DNA of 64,000 bases from Chiloscyllium plagiosum (lineage: Eukaryota), in contig NC_057718.1 in assembly GCF_004010195.1 (NCBI RefSeq), forward strand, positions 49,315,239 to 49,379,238, written 5' to 3'. Shown in pieces: positions 23,813 to 38,137 of the stretch. Each line of letters starts with the position of its first letter. The first letter of the stretch is position 1. Made by a program: the position numbers and the translations under genes. The notes below the pieces were generated by a model. The model searched no databases. It saw only the letters and a program-made list of their open reading frames with translations, and was not told where the DNA came from.

Positions 23813-25520
23813 AAAAAATACAAAGAACTGAGGATGCTGTAAAACTGAAACAAAAATAGAAACTGCTGGAAAAACTCAGCAGGTCTGGCAGCATCTGTTG
23901 AGAGAGTTAACATTTCAGTCTCGTGGCCCTTCTAAAGACTCTTCACAGTATCCCCAAGTGGAAAGTGAGGTGTTGTTCTTCCAGCTGGTGCTGGGCTTCT
24001 CTGGAGCACTGCAGCAAGCCTGAGACAGAGATGTTGGCCAGGGAACAGGGTGGTGTGTTGAAGTGGCAGGCAGCTGAAAGCTCAGGATCCTTTTCACGAG
24101 CAGAATGTGAGCGTTTCGTCTGTGTTTCGTCTCCCCAGTATAGAAGAAAATACCTTGTGTCCAGATTGAGCGAAGCGCAGGTAAATCACTGCTTCACCTG
24201 GAAAGTGTATCTGGGGCCTTGGATAATGAGGAGGGAGGAAGTAAAAGGCCAGTGTTACACCTTCTGCGATTGCAGGGGAAGCTGCCGTGAGAGGTCTTGA
24301 GAGTGGAGGAAGAGTGGACCACGGTGTCTCTGATGGAATGATCTGTGGGGAAGGCTGACAAAAAAGTGGGGAAGGAAATACGTGCCTGGTTAATGGCATC
24401 CTATTGGAGGTAGTAGGATTGGCATCTTATGATCTTTCGGATACGGATGCTGGTGGGATTGAAAATAAGGCCAACAGGCCCCTTTCATTGTTATGGTGGG
24501 GAAGAGAAGGAGTGACGGACGAATTGTGAGAGATGGGTCGGGCGTGGCTGAGGATATTGTTGACTACAGTGGTGCGGACTCCTCAGTTAAATAAAAAGCT
24601 GGACATTTCTGACATCATCAGAACCAATGTAATGGAGATGAAGACACTTGGAAAATGGAATACAGTCCATAGAGGAAACAGGATGTGAGGATGTATAGAT
24701 GAGGTAACTGTGGGAGTAATTGGGTTTGTCATGGATATCACTATCCAGCCAATCCCCAGAAATGGAAACACAGGTGTCAAAAAAGAAAAGGCAGGAGTCA
24801 AAGATGTGAAGGTGAGAGCAGGGTGGAAATTGGAAGCACAATTGATAAACTTTCCAATTGCAAATGAAAGAGAGAAGCTGCCGATGTCATCAATGTATCG
24901 GAGAAAGAGTTATGGAGAGAGATCTGAGTAGGATTGCAACAAAGAATATTCCACATATCCCACAAAAGACATAGGCATAGCTGAGGCCCACATGGGAGCC
25001 ATGGGTACAGCTTGGATCTGAAGAAAGTGAGAGCAGTTAAAGGGGAAGTTCTTCAAAGTGAAGGTGAACTCGATCAGCTGGAGGAGAGTGGTGGTGAATG
25101 GAGATGGTGCAGACCTTTTATCCAGGAAGAGGCAGAGAGACCCAAAACCATTCCACCGGGGGAAGGACCTGTGAAGGGATTGCACACCCATGGTGAAGAG
25201 GAGGTGGCTGGTGCCTGCGAATTGCAAATTTTTCAAACTGACATAGAGTGTCAGAAGAATCGTGGATATAAGTGAGAAGGGACTGGACAATGAGATAAAA
25301 CATCGAATTGATGGAGGAAGAGATGAGCTGTGTGGTGCATGAGCAGAGAGAAAAACAATGGGTCTGCCTGGGCAGTCCTGTTTGTGGCATTTGGGAAGAT
25401 AGTAGAAGCGCGCTGTGTGGGATTGAGGGACTACAAGCTTGGAGGCTGTAGTTGGAGGAGATCCCCAGATGAGATAGGATTAGTGACCATTGTGGACATA
25501 ATAACTGATGTTCAATGGTG
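23813..25520 (-). mobile_element. Old decayed PLE (RT, GIY-YIG, 3' terminus)
   Basis: TTTLLQLIEFTFTLKNFPF, DKPNYSHSYLIYTSSHP, CIPFSKCL remnants; HHR-like remnant near 23905-23940. Confidence 0.85.
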
Positions 25521-25524
25521 GCTC

Positions 25525-25795
25525 CCTCTGTCCTTTAATCTGCACTCAACCTATTAACTGAGAACTGTCAATGTGGCATTGGTTAACTTAACTTCTCTGA
25601 CCCTCACTAATTCGACCATATCTCCCTCTGAACTGACTGCACTCCATGCTCTCAGATCCAACTCTGACATTGTAATCAAGCCTGCTGACAAGGCTGGTGC
25701 TACTGTTGCCAGGCATACTGTGCAGAGGCTGAAAGCCAGCTCTCAGATACCTCTTCCTGTCTCCCTCAGCACATAATGCTACTATGTTGAACATC
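25525..25795 (+). mobile_element. Inverted 5' segment of the same PLE
   Basis: ISPSELTALHALRSNSDIVIKPADKAG, the PLE RT N-terminal motif (IKPADKG). Confidence 0.8.
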
Positions 25796-25814
25796 TACCA
25801 GCTTCAGGGATGAT

Positions 25815-26985
25815 CCAATGTCCTGTTGAACTGCCAATGGCAGATGAGGTTTGTGTTGGTGCACAGGTGAAGGCTGAACTCGAAGCTATCATCAAAACCA
25901 TCACTTTGGCGTACAAGAACATCGGTCATACACTGAAAAATTGTAAACTAAGGTCTTTTATCAAGCAGGCACTGCCTTCCCCCTCAGCCATAAAATTCTA
26001 CAACAAGCTTTTGGACAAAGTGAACCACTTCCTATACCTTAGGAGCTACTGTGAGCAAGACCAGGCATGAATGATAAGATTCCACATTGTCCTCAATATG
26101 ACAGAGCAACTTTTGATCAGATCCTGAAGATAGTTTATGGTCGACAGATCAGCAGTGATATCCATCTTCCTACATGGCTCAGAGGTAATGGATGATGATT
26201 AGCTCCTCTGGGCTGATAATATCATTTACATGACTGACATGAAACTCCAGAAACAAGCCCTGTACTTGGAGATTTGATATGACAGGTGAGGTCCAAAAGA
26301 CTGGACAAAATTGTTTAAAGCTTCTCTCAAAGTGTCCTTGAACAAATGCAACATTCATGTCAATTATCTGGGAAACTCTGGCTCAAAACCTCCCAAAGTG
26401 GTGGAAGGCACCTAGGAAGGGTTTGCCCACATAGAATCAGGCAGCACAGTGGCTCAGTGGTTAGCACTGCTGCCTTACAGCACCAAGGACCCAGGTTCCA
26501 TTGTAGCCTCAGGTGACTGTCTGTGTGGGGTTTGCTTATTCTCCCCGTGTCTGCGTGGGTTTCCTCTGGGTGCTCCAGTTTCCTCCCACAATTCAAAGAT
26601 GTGCAAGTTAGGTGGATGGGACATACTAAATTGTCCACAGTGTCCAGGGATATGCAGGCTAGTTGGGTTAGCCATGGGAAATGTAAGGATGGGGTGGATC
26701 TGGGTGGGATGCTCGTTGGAGGGTTGGTGTAGATTCAATGGGTTGAATGGTTACTTCCACACTGTAGGGATTCTATGAAAGAACCTCATCACTGATGGCA
26801 AGTTGAAGTCAGGCATTGACAAGAAACTTGGGATACCTATCTTTGCAATGCCCCAAACACTGGCAGCTCCCCTCCAATCACAGAAACTGTAGCTCATGCA
26901 TTGAACACTTTAGTCACCAGAGAACTCATTTTTAATGTGGAAACAAATCATTCTTGACCATGAGGAGCTGTGTAAGAAGGGAAGT
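25815..26985 (+). mobile_element. Decayed RTE-type LINE interrupted by a SINE
   Basis: ELPMADEVCVGAQVKAELEAII and LDKVNHFLYLRS resemble RTE YADD and FPYLGS regions. Confidence 0.65.
26440..26777 (+). mobile_element. HE1/V-SINE-type SINE, near full length
   Basis: A/B boxes, V core, tail ccacactgtagggattctatga. Confidence 0.9.
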
Positions 26986-28835
26986 ATGCTTAAGTTACTG
27001 AAGTGAAACTCAACCGACAACGTTTTAACTGAGACAAGAGAGCTTGCACTGAGCGGTGGCTGATGCTGTACAAAATGAATACGCCATTACTGATGCTTAG
27101 CTCTGGCAAGTAGACTACTTCTCCTGCCCCTGCAGACATTCCATGGAAATTCCATGTCACATGTTCTAATTATAACCTAGAAATTACTGTTTTGGGTAAA
27201 GCTTTACACTGGCAGCAAATATGTGATCACCTCCAGTCATGTCAGGATTGTTTATAGCAATACTTTATTACCCACTTACCAACGCTTAACAAATTTGCTG
27301 GAAGAAGAATATTTATTTTTAGTGCTATTGCACTCAGTTCATGCAGAACAACAATTAATGTGGCAGATTAGGCAATTAAAAAGGAAATGCCCCATGTTGC
27401 TGCAGTAACATAGCACTGGTGCAAGATGCTATTTTCTCAAACAGCACAGACATTAGAAACTGCAGTGAGAAAATGTATTTTTTTAAAGGGAAATTGCCTC
27501 AATTTTCTTCTCTGATCCTAGCTTTTGTATGGTATGTGTATTTATATATATATATAGCAATGATCTAAATCTGCTGGATTTGGCAAAGGAGGATTCGGAA
27601 AATAAAACAATAAGGACTGTCTATAATATAATGAAAAATGGATACTTTACCATTAGGACACTGCAGATCAACTTTCTCAGATACATCAACAGGTTGCGTC
27701 TACTCAGTTAATTCAGCCATAGGCTTAATTTACATCATCTCTTACAATTCTGTGCAATATGTCTGAACTTTGTCCATAGGTAGTATTTATTCAACAGTCC
27801 CAATGGTTATCAGACTGTGCATGATGCTCAAATTATTTTGTGATTTGGTTCTTCTAAGCTAGTGCTCAGTCATCTGAAATCGACACAAAGTTAAAATTAA
27901 AGCAGAAAAGTAACTGCCTGTTTTTTTTCCATAGTCAATAGTGGGCAAACTGCGCACTTTAAAACTGCATACGCTCCCACTTGAATGAGTGTGAGCTCTC
28001 TGGAATGTGTGTAGGAATAGGATCTTGTAGAGTACAGATCAATATTTTGTACATTGCTGCAGCAGCATCCAAGGCTATAGCTGTGAGTGTAATACAAACA
28101 ACACTTAAGGCAATAACTCAGACTTTCCGATCTCTGGATATTTGGATGACTGACATACGACCGAATATACATCTGAGGAACCTGTGGAAATCCTGGTACA
28201 CTGACTCCAGGGGATTGTCTGGAAAGTTTAAAATCCAATTGCAATTTCCTCTGGAAACTCTGAAAAAGTCTCAAACTCTGAATTAGAATTGGAGAGTTTA
28301 GACTGTTATGATCAGCTCCCCAGGAAATATTTGACAGAAAATGTCTATTTCTGAGTAACTCCTGGATAACTACAAATGATCAATTCTCACTTCAACACCA
28401 GCCCCAAAACCCAATACCCTCTTTTCCACTATTGAACTTCTCATTATAAGCTGTCATCCCCAACTCCACAAAAACTTAACTTAACTCAGTCTCACTGCCC
28501 TGTCTAGCTGCCACCCTATTCACATACCACTTTACCCAGCTATTACAATACCCACTTACCTCAACCACTCTACCCACTTACACACCTGTGCATTCATCAC
28601 CTTTTCATTCAAAGTCACAATATGTAATGGTCTCTTATACAAAGCTAACCCACACACATTGCTTTAAACACAATTGTTACATTTGTCAGTTGCATTTTTT
28701 CACAGAAATATATTGGATTTTTATCTGAAATGAGATGTCACTTAAAAGTTGAGAATGAATGTTTAGAACAAGCAGAATGTTGAAACTTGCCTCAAAATTG
28801 TTACAAGTGTTGAGGAAGTTTCACTGCCTTCTCTC

Positions 28836-28980
28836 AAGGATGTGGAGGTGCTGGTGTTGGACTGGGGTGGAAAAAGGTGGAAATCATATGACACCAGGTT
28901 ATAGTCCAGTAGGTTTATTTGAAATCACAAGCTTTTGGAATGTAGCCCCTTCGTCAGATGAAGTCTTCACTTCTCACTGA
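28836..28980 (-). mobile_element. Short PLE derivative (second family) with HHR remnant
   Basis: Homologous to the left arm of 15414-15540. Confidence 0.75.
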
Positions 28981-29043
28981 TTTCTGGGAAACTCAAGAAT
29001 TGTCCCCAATCCTAATTATTTTGATATTGCTAGTAACAGCCTA

Positions 29044-30865
29044 GGAGAATTCTAAAGCTTTCTATAGGTATGTGAGGAATAAAAGGATGATTAGGGTAGG
29101 AATAGGGCCAATCAAAGACAGAAGTGGGAAGTTGAGTGTGGACCCTGTGGAGATCGGAGAGGTGCTAAACGAACATTTCTCATCGGTTTTCACTAAGGAG
29201 AAGGATAATATTGTTGAGGAGAAGAATAAGGTACGGGATATTAGACTAGAAAGGATCAAGGTAAGTTACGAACAGATGTTATCAATTCCAGAAGGAGTGA
29301 AAGTAGACAAGTCCCCTGGGCCGGATGGGATTTATCTGAGGATTCTCTGGGAAGCTAGGGAGAAGATAGCAGAGCCTTTGGCTTTGATATTTGACTCATC
29401 ATTGTCTACAGGTTTGATACCAGAGGACTGGAGGATTGCAAATGTTGTGCCCTTGTTCAAGAAGGGCAGTAGAGATGACCCAGGTAATTATAGACCAGTG
29501 AGCCTTACCTCTGTTGTAGGAAAGATTTTGGAAAGGATTATAAGAGATAAGATTTATAATCATCTAGCAAGCAACAATTTGATTTCAGATAGTCAACATG
29601 GTTTCGACAAGGACCGGTCGTGTCCCACAAATCTCATTGGGTTTTTTGAGAAGGTGACCAAGCATGTAAATGAAGGTAGGGCAGTTGACGTGGTATAGGT
29701 GGACTTCAGTAAAGTCTTTGATAAAGTTCCACATGGTAGGCTGTTGGAGAAAATGCAGAGGCATGGAATTGAGGGTGATTTAGCAGTTTGGATTAGAAAC
29801 TGGCTTTCTGAAAGAAGGCAGCGAGTGGTGGTTCATGGAAAATCTTCAGCCTGGAGTGTGGTTACTAGTGGTGTGCCACAAGGATCTGTTTTGGGACTGC
29901 TGCTGTTTGTCATTTTTAGAATTGACTTAGACACAGGCATAGATGGATGGATTAGTAAACTTGCAGACGACACTAAAGTCGGTGGAATAGTAGACAGTGT
30001 GGAAGAATGTTACAAGTTGCAGGGGAATTTTGATTAACTGCAGAATTGGGCTGAGAGGTGGCAAATGGAGTTCAATGCAGCTAAATGTGAGGTGATCCAA
30101 TTTGGGAAGAATAACAGGAAGGCAGAGTACTCGTTCGATGGAAAGATTCTTGGTAGTGTGGATGTGCAGAGGGATCTTGGAGTCCATTTACATAGATCCC
30201 TGAAAGTTGCCACCCAGGTGGATAGTGCTGTTAAGAAGGCATACAGTGTGTTAGGTTTCACTTGTAGAGGGATTGAGTTCCGGAGCCACAATATCATGCT
30301 GCAACTATACAGAACGCTGATGCGGCCACACTTGGAATATTGTGTACAGTTCTGGTCTCCATATTTCGGGAAGGATGTGGAAGCATTGGAAAGGGTGCAG
30401 AGGAGATTTACCAGGATGTTGCCTGTTCTGGAGGGAAGGTCATATGAGGAAAGGCTGAGAGACTTGGGTCAGTTCTCATTGGAAAGAAGAAGGCTAAGAG
30501 GGGATTTGATAGAGACATCCAAAATGATCAGAGGGTTAGATAGGGTAGACAGTGAAAGTCTTTTTCCTAGGATTATGATGTCAGCTTGTACGAGGGGGCA
30601 TAGCTACAAATTGAGGAGTGATAGATTTAAGACAGATGCCAGAGGCAGGTTCTTTATGCAGAGCGTGGTAAGGGCATGGAATGCCCTACCTGCTAATGTA
30701 GTCAACTCAGCCACATCAGGGAGATTTAAACAATCTTAGATAAGCACATGGATGATTTTGGGATAGTGTAGGGGGAACGAGCTGAGAATAGTTCACAGAT
30801 CGGCGCAACATCAAGGGCCAAAGGGCCTTTTCTGCGCTGTATTGTTCTTGTTCTATGTTCTATGA
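29044..30865 (+). mobile_element. 5'-truncated, fairly young CR1 LINE (RT domain with a few stops)
   Basis: ORFs 29072-29698, 29699-30037, 30065-30739 (GVPQGSVLG, LADDTK, LEYCVQFWSP); (ttctatg)n tail. Confidence 0.97.
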
Positions 30866-32235
30866 TTGCTATGGGCTTCTTCCCCTTTGAGAAACCTGCC
30901 CTGGGCTCCTTCTCTCTCCCTTTTGTCATCATAAAACTCAAAGCAGCAGAAATCATAGTGGTTATTTCTCCTCGTTGGCTTGCTGGTAATGTAATTGAAA
31001 TCACAGAAATTCTTGTAGATGGTGTGTTGAATTCAATTTTAAAAATGACTTTTGAACTTAAAAAGAGTCTGGTCTTCGCAGACTGAATAACAAAAATAAT
31101 CTTAATTCCATTCTGGAATAAAAGTTTTCAAACAATAGTAATAAATAATGAATAAACAATAAATTATAAATCTTCATAACAACTCCCAATAGAAAACTGA
31201 ATCATTAAGAGGTATTTTTATTTTTAAAACTAGTATCCTATTACCACAAATTCTATTTGACAAAATAGAATTTAAGTACCAAAAAATCTTATATTGATTT
31301 TACTTTGACAACATGCTTACATTAAATACACAGGGACTGTCCAAATAAAAAAATCATATTCTACACAAGCCCATTTTGATGGCAATGTTGATTTTCCTTC
31401 TTATTTTATGTTGATAAAGCATCTGCTATAATCCTGCCTCTTGCTATTTACATGCATGACTTTCAAATTGTCTGCTTGCAGCATTAACATCCATTGAAAC
31501 AGTCGCAGACTCTTACTATGAAATCTTGTTGGGAAAGTTAAATGATATGGTCTGTATAAATAACACTCTCTGCAGAGTTGGTGGATATGTAGGTGCCAAA
31601 ATCAAACTCACTTCAGAGGGAGTCTGAGAGGCAATGGACCTGTGAGAAAGCAGCTCAGAGTGGGATTGGATAAATTGGGCCAACGTTCAAAGTCTGCACC
31701 ACCTGTCTGGCAGTTTCAGAGGTACACCACTCACGCAAGAAGATAAATAATGACATCAAGAGAAATTCTAGACTCTTTGATTGTTTAGAAACTGCTACGA
31801 GACTGTTTTCAAATTAATGTAAATTAGAAAAATGCATTATTTATTTTTAACAATTAGATGTTGTTGGATTTAATTGATTAAAGTCAGTGATAAAGAAAAA
31901 TCAGGTACAGCAATATAAGTAGAGCCAACCTAATGTAAGACAAGTAAATATAAAACATGGCAGCACAGCTCAGTCAAGTGGAAGTTGCAGCCTGTAACAT
32001 GTGGGGTGTCATGTATCTTATTAGTGTCCTAGATAGCCAGACATGCTGAAAGTGCTGTCATTTATTGAAACCTGATTTAGATTTTCAGGTCAGGAGGCAC
32101 TAGTGTCATTACAGCAAATCTGCAAGGTTGAGAGCAATGTGGATAGTATGTTCAGAGTGGTGGTCACACCACAGGCCTAGAGATGGGAAAGGAAAGTATG
32201 GCCATCAAGCAGTCCAAGAGAAACAAGCAGGTAAG

Positions 32236-34398
32236 AGTGGTCCTAAAGGAAGAGTGCTAAATTAGGGGAAGGTTAACTATAGCAAAATTAAGTAGGAGCT
32301 GGGGAATGTGGATTGGGAACAGCTGTTTGAAGGTAAATCCACATTTGATATGTGGGAGGCTTTTAAAGAGAGATTGATTAGTGTGCAGGACAGGTATGTC
32401 CCTGTGAAAATGAAGGATAGAAATGACAAGATTAGGGAACCATGGATGACAGGTGAAATTGTGAGATGAGCTAAGAAGAAAAATGAAGCATACATAAGAT
32501 TGAGGCAACTGAAAACAACAGAGCTTTGGAAGAATATTGGGAAAGTATGACCAATTTGAAATGACGAATTAAGAAGGATCTCTTAATTCCAAAAGGGGTC
32601 ATGAACTATCTTTAGTAAACAGAGTTAAGGAAAGTCCCAAAGCCTTCCATTCATATATAAGGAGCAAGAGGGTAACTAGAGTTGGGTTGGCCCACTCAAG
32701 GACAAAAGAAGAAAGTTATGCATGGAGTCAGAGAAAATAGGTGAGATTCTTAATGTGTACTTTGTATTGATATTCACCGAGGAGAGGGACATGATGGATG
32801 TTGAGGTTACTGATAGATGTTTGATTACTCTAGGTCAAGTCGGCATAAGGAGGGAGAAAGTGTTGGGTTTTCTAAAAGGCATGAAGGTGGACAAGTCCCC
32901 ATATTCGGATGAGATCTATCTCAGGTTACTGAGAAAAGTGAGAGAGGAAATAGTTGGGGCCTTAACAGCATCCTTGAATATGGCTGAGGTCCTGGAGGAC
33001 TGGAGAATTGTTAATATTGTGCCTTGTTTATGAAGAGTAGCAGGGATGATCCAGGTAATTGTAGACCGGTGAGCCTGAGGTCAGTGGTAGGGAAGCTACT
33101 GGAGAAGATACTGAGGGATCAGATCTATTCCCATTTGGAAGAAATTTGGCTTATCAGTGATCGGCAACATGGTTTTGTGCAGGGAAAGTCATGTCTTACC
33201 AATGTAATAGAATTTTTTGAGCAAGAGACAAAGTTGATTGATGAGGGAAGGGCTGTAGATGTCATGTACATAGACTTCAGTAAGGTGTTTGATAAGATTC
33301 CCCACAGTAGACTGATAGAGAAAATGAAGTCGCATGGGGTCCTGGGTGTACTACCTAGATGGATGGAGAACTGGCTGGGCAACAGGAAACAGAGAGTAGT
33401 AATGGAAGGGAGTTTCACAAAATAGAGAACTGTGACCATGGTGTTCCACGGGGATCCATGTTGGGACCATGTGATATACATAAATGATCTGGAGGAAGAT
33501 ATAGGTGGTCTGATTAGCAAGTTTTCAGATGACACTAAGATTGGTGGAGTTTGGAGAGTTGAGCAGACAAATGGCACATGGAGTTCAATACGGGCAAATG
33601 CGAGGTGATACATTTTGGAAGATCCAGTTCGAGAGTGAATTATACAGTAATTGGAAAAGCCCTGGGGAAAATTGATGTACAGCAACGTACAGCAATGGGT
33701 TATCAGGTCCATTAAATTCTGAAGGAGGCAACACAGGTCAATAGAGTGGTCAAGAAGGCATACAGGATACTTTCCTTCATCAGATGGGGTATGAATACAA
33801 GAATTGGCAGATCATGTTATGGATGTATAGGACTTTGGTTCGACCATATTTGGAATATTGTGTACAGTTCTGATCACCTCATTACATAAAGGATATGGAT
33901 GCTTTGGAGAGGATGCAGAGGAGGGTCACCAAGATGTTGCTTGGTATGGAATGCACTAGCTATGAAGAGAGGTTGAGTAGATTAGAATTATTTTCATTGC
34001 AAAGATGAAGGTTGAGAGGGAACCTGATTGAGGTCTACAAAATCATGAGTGGTATAGACAGGGTGGATATCAAGAAGCTTTTTCAAAGAGTGGGGGACTC
34101 AGTCACTAGGGGTCACGAGTTCAAGGTGAGAGGGGAAAAGTTTAAGGGAGATATGTGTGGAAAGTTCTTAACACAGAGCGTGGTGGGTGCCTGGAATACA
34201 TTGCCAGTAGAGGTGGTAGAGGCGGCATGATAGCAACATTTAAGATGTATCTAGACAGATACATGAATGGCAGGGAGCAGAGGAATACAGACTTTTAGAC
34301 AATAGGAAACAGGTTTAGATAGAGGATCTGAATGAGCACAGGCTTGGAGGGCTGAAGGGCCTGTTCCTGTGCTGTAATTTTCTTTGTTCTTTGTTCTT
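32236..34398 (+). mobile_element. 5'-truncated CR1 LINE
   Basis: ORFs 32722-33033, 33024-33425, 34012-34230; (tttgttc)n tail. Confidence 0.95.
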
Positions 34399-34414
34399 CA
34401 TAAGGATTTGGTGT

Positions 34415-34675
34415 CTTCCATTTAGAACTGAGATTTCTTTACAGAATGAGTTGTGAGCCTATAGAATTTTCTGCCACACAAATTAGTTGAGGCCAAAACA
34501 TTGAATGTTTTCAAGGATATGTTAGATATAGTTCTCATGGATAAAGGGGCCAAAGTTTATGGGGAGAAATCAGGATCAGGACTTTGAGGTAAATGATCAG
34601 CCATGAACATATTGAATGGCAGAGAAGACTCAGAAGGCTGAATGGCCTACACTTGCTCCAATTTTCTATGTTTTT
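34415..34675 (+). mobile_element. CR1 3'-end fragment
   Basis: gatcagccatga...ggctgaatggcctac...ttctatgtt tail. Confidence 0.75.
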
Positions 34676-35899
34676 ATGCAGTATAGGTAGCCTTCCTCAC
34701 AAATCGATTTTTTAAAATTTTGGTAGTTGGTGGAAGCTGTATAGGGGGGAATGAAGCAGAGAGAAAGAGTGTGAATGACAGGGCATTCACTAGCTGGGGG
34801 AACAGACAGCTGCTTCTGTGTCTGTGGACGTAACTCCAGGATGATGTGGTACCCTGTTGTGCCAGGGTCAAGGATGTCACAGAGTACCTGCAGGACATTC
34901 TTCTGCGGGGGTGGGGTTACTAACCAGAGGTCCTGGTCCACATTGTTATCAATTACTTAGGTAGAAATTTAGGGACGTGGTCATGCGATCAGAATTTCAG
35001 GAGCTAAGTAGAAAATTAGCATGTGAAAAGTCAAATATTGTCATCACAATGTTACTCCCAGTATCATGTGCAAGTGAGTGCAGAAATAGGAAGATAAAGT
35101 AAATGCTGGAAAAATGGTGCAGGAGGAAGGGCTGTGAATATCTGGGACTGGCTCTAGAATAGATTATAATTGTGTAAAGAATAACTTACATCTGAAAAGT
35201 GCAGGAATTGAGTTCTTTTGGGGTGGGGGCACTTTACTCATGCTCTTTGTAGGGCTTTAAGCTAACTCATAAGAGTGTGTGAACCGAGACAGAATATGAG
35301 AGGCATATCAGAGTTCACAAAATGCTGGAAAAGATATCAGAGTAGGTGTGAAATTAATTATGTCTAAACTAGGGTTACACTTCATATAGGTGAAAGCATG
35401 GAAGACAGTAAACACCATTGCACAGTTATAGGCACAGTTTACCTTGTGGAAGAATGATGTTGGGCTGATACCAGAGACCAGGTTCAGGAAAGGGCAGGAC
35501 TGGTATTATCTTTCTTGACATATGTACATGGTCTAGATCTGACAAGTTCAATGTTTGTAGTTGAAACAAAATCATGGATGCATTGCAAACTGTGAGGAGG
35601 GCATCGACAAGTTGACAGAGTGGATAGATAGGTTCAATGCAGAAAAATGCGATGCAATTTATTATGTTAGAAAGAATATGGATAGAAAATATAAGGGCTT
35701 GCAGAGGCAGGGGTAAATATGTGTATATTTAAGATGAGTTATTAGTTAAAGTGGCAGGAATGTTGGAGACAGTAGTTAATAAAGCATCCAGTACTCTGGG
35801 CTTTGTAAATAGAACATAAGGCACAGGAGCAAGGAGAATATGCTGATCTTGTACAAAGCATTTGTTATACTTCATAAAACCAAAAGACTTGCAACACAT

Positions 35900-35990
35900 T
35901 CTGAGAAATGACCTGAAAGATTTACTTTGATTTCTCTCCATGGATACTGCCAGACCTGCTGAGCTGTTCCAGTAATTTCTGTTTTTTATA
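35900..35990 (+). mobile_element. Decayed PLE 3'-terminal derivative
   Basis: ctgccagacctgctgagctgttccagtaatttctgttttt matches 23850-23895 antisense. Confidence 0.6.
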
Positions 35991-36348
35991 TTTGTTAAAC
36001 CTCAGCTGGGACATTGCACACAGTTCTAGGTGCCACACTTTAAGAAAGCTGTGAACCCTTGTCGAGAAGAAGGCCAGAAGGAGATCTGATGGGAGTTTCC
36101 AAAATATGAAAGTAAGTGGAGATAGAGAGAAACTCTCCTATTTATAAAGCAATTGAGAACAAGAGAGCACAAATTTAAAGTGATTTGCAAAAGTAGCAAA
36201 TGTGATGTGATAAACTTCTTTCTGACAATCTTCCCAATCATAGTTTCACTTTAACAGATTGCAGCGATATATCCTCTTGTCTGGAGCATTTGTTACATTA
36301 TTTGTTCTTTGCATTTCTTTTGATTTGACAAGGTCCACTTGCTCTTAC

Positions 36349-36389
36349 CGGTTCATCATAGGCAGATAACAATATTATCACTCCGTCTC
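36349..36389 (-). CDS. Candidate 41-nt exon (DGVIILLSAYDEP)
   Basis: tttttttgcag acceptor, CCG|gtaaga donor, single open frame, phase 1-0. Confidence 0.3.
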
Positions 36390-38137
36390 CTGCAAAAAAA
36401 ATTGGAGTTTTGAAATCTTCCAACATTTGTTGACCACTTTTCATGTACTTATTACCCAAATTTCACACTTTGGTTAATCTTACCTTGAAATTTGATAGAT
36501 CAGTATACTCTCTGACATTTGGTTTGTAACTTTTTTATTGAACTAATGCAATCAACCACTCATTATATGTCCATACATCAATCCATGTTTTATTAATACC
36601 TAAATGAAATGCCATCAGAATGTCATGAGCCACTGGGAGACAAGACTTGAAAATGTTGTAAATTAGAGTTGTGTATTATTTTAAAAGAAACAGACTCATT
36701 AAGGCATTCATAATAGTAAATAATAGAAACCAAATTCCTTTATCCCAATCATCCTGACACTCCTGAAAATAAGTTTTAATCATGGTCTTTAAAGTTTGAT
36801 GCCATTTTTCTAATTCCACCTCTGATTGTGGAATCACTATGATTTACTTCTAAACAATTCATTATTTCTTCAAATATTTGTTGCAACATTTGAATCTTGG
36901 TTGATTGTATTTCCTAGGGAAAACCATATCTTGCAGTTGTTTTTTTTAAGTTTCCCCACTCACATTTTTGCTGCTACTTTTCCCAAAGTCACTGCTTTAG
37001 AAATCTTGCTGAAACAACAATAATTGTGAAAAATGTTGATTCCTGCTCTTATTTTTAACCAAGTGTCCTGCACAATCTATTAATACCCTGCTAAATTCCA
37101 ATCCGAAAGAAGTGGTATTGGAAGTAAGGATGCAGGTTTAATTGATATTTGGAGTTCCCTCACTATCTGATCTGTATGCTTTCTTCAGGGTCCTTTCAGT
37201 AGTGGTAAATCTCAAGTCAGTAAGTACCTTAGCAACAATCTCCCCAAGGTGATTCCTGATCATTTCTCTGAAATGCTGTTCTGTGCTCAAAGACAAACAA
37301 ACTTTGTGGCCTTTTGCAGGAAACAAGTTACATTGTCACAGAATTGAGAAACTAAAATTCATTTCTCTTTCACTTTGGAAGACAATTTTTCATGTGATAA
37401 TAAAACATTATAAACTTTCATGTTATGTGTGAGTTTTCCAGTTCAGAGGATGTTTTGTAAAATGATTCACTGAAGGATTGGCCAGAAATATTGAAGATAG
37501 TTAAGTGGATACGTTTTGTTGTCTACAAGTTTCAAAACATGAGATCCATTGTTGATCGGAGGATTTGAACCAAATTTGTCCAATTGGAATGCCGATGTAA
37601 ATAATTTTCATAATTTGTTATGAAAAGGAGCAAAATCGAAGGGAAAGAATTGTGAAGGAATTGCGTCAAGTGAATTTCAAATGAACTCCATTGAGCTAAG
37701 TATCTGCAGCATTCCTTTAAAAAGCATTTTGAAATCAATTTATCTATCTGTCCCTTTAAGATGTGCGACTTGCATATTTTGCTCTGAAACTGGTATTAGA
37801 TTCCCTATTGACATTACAGAATCTTGATTGAAATGTCAATGATCACAATTGCAATAGGCATGCAGCAGTATTAAAAATCTTGAGTTAATTGGGAGAAAAT
37901 GGTGAGTGCAATATCCCAATTTTCTGGTTGCCAATACCCTACTACATTAAAATTGATTATATTGAAGTTTCAAAATAATGAGATCAGAGCTGGAAGTGTT
38001 TCAACTTATGTATCAAGAAGTAGAATACAAGAATCACATGTGAAAGAGTCAGGAAAAGTGATTGTTCAGCCATAATACATTTTTGATTTTTAACACTGGA
38101 CAATGATGAAAAATGAGAAAAATTCTCTTTAATATCT

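Larger units (their letters stand above)
31965..36230 (+). mobile_element. Very old long CR1 (ORF1 Cys-rich start 31965-32235, ORF1 esterase-like part 34670-35260, ORF2 scraps) split by younger CR1s
   Basis: GTDSCFCVCGRNSRMM and ARVKDV-like ORF1 remnants. Confidence 0.55.

Noticed and set aside
37189..37347. Walker A-like GPFSSGKS after a possible acceptor
   Set aside because: Short frame, no supporting motifs or linked exon; plausible by chance.
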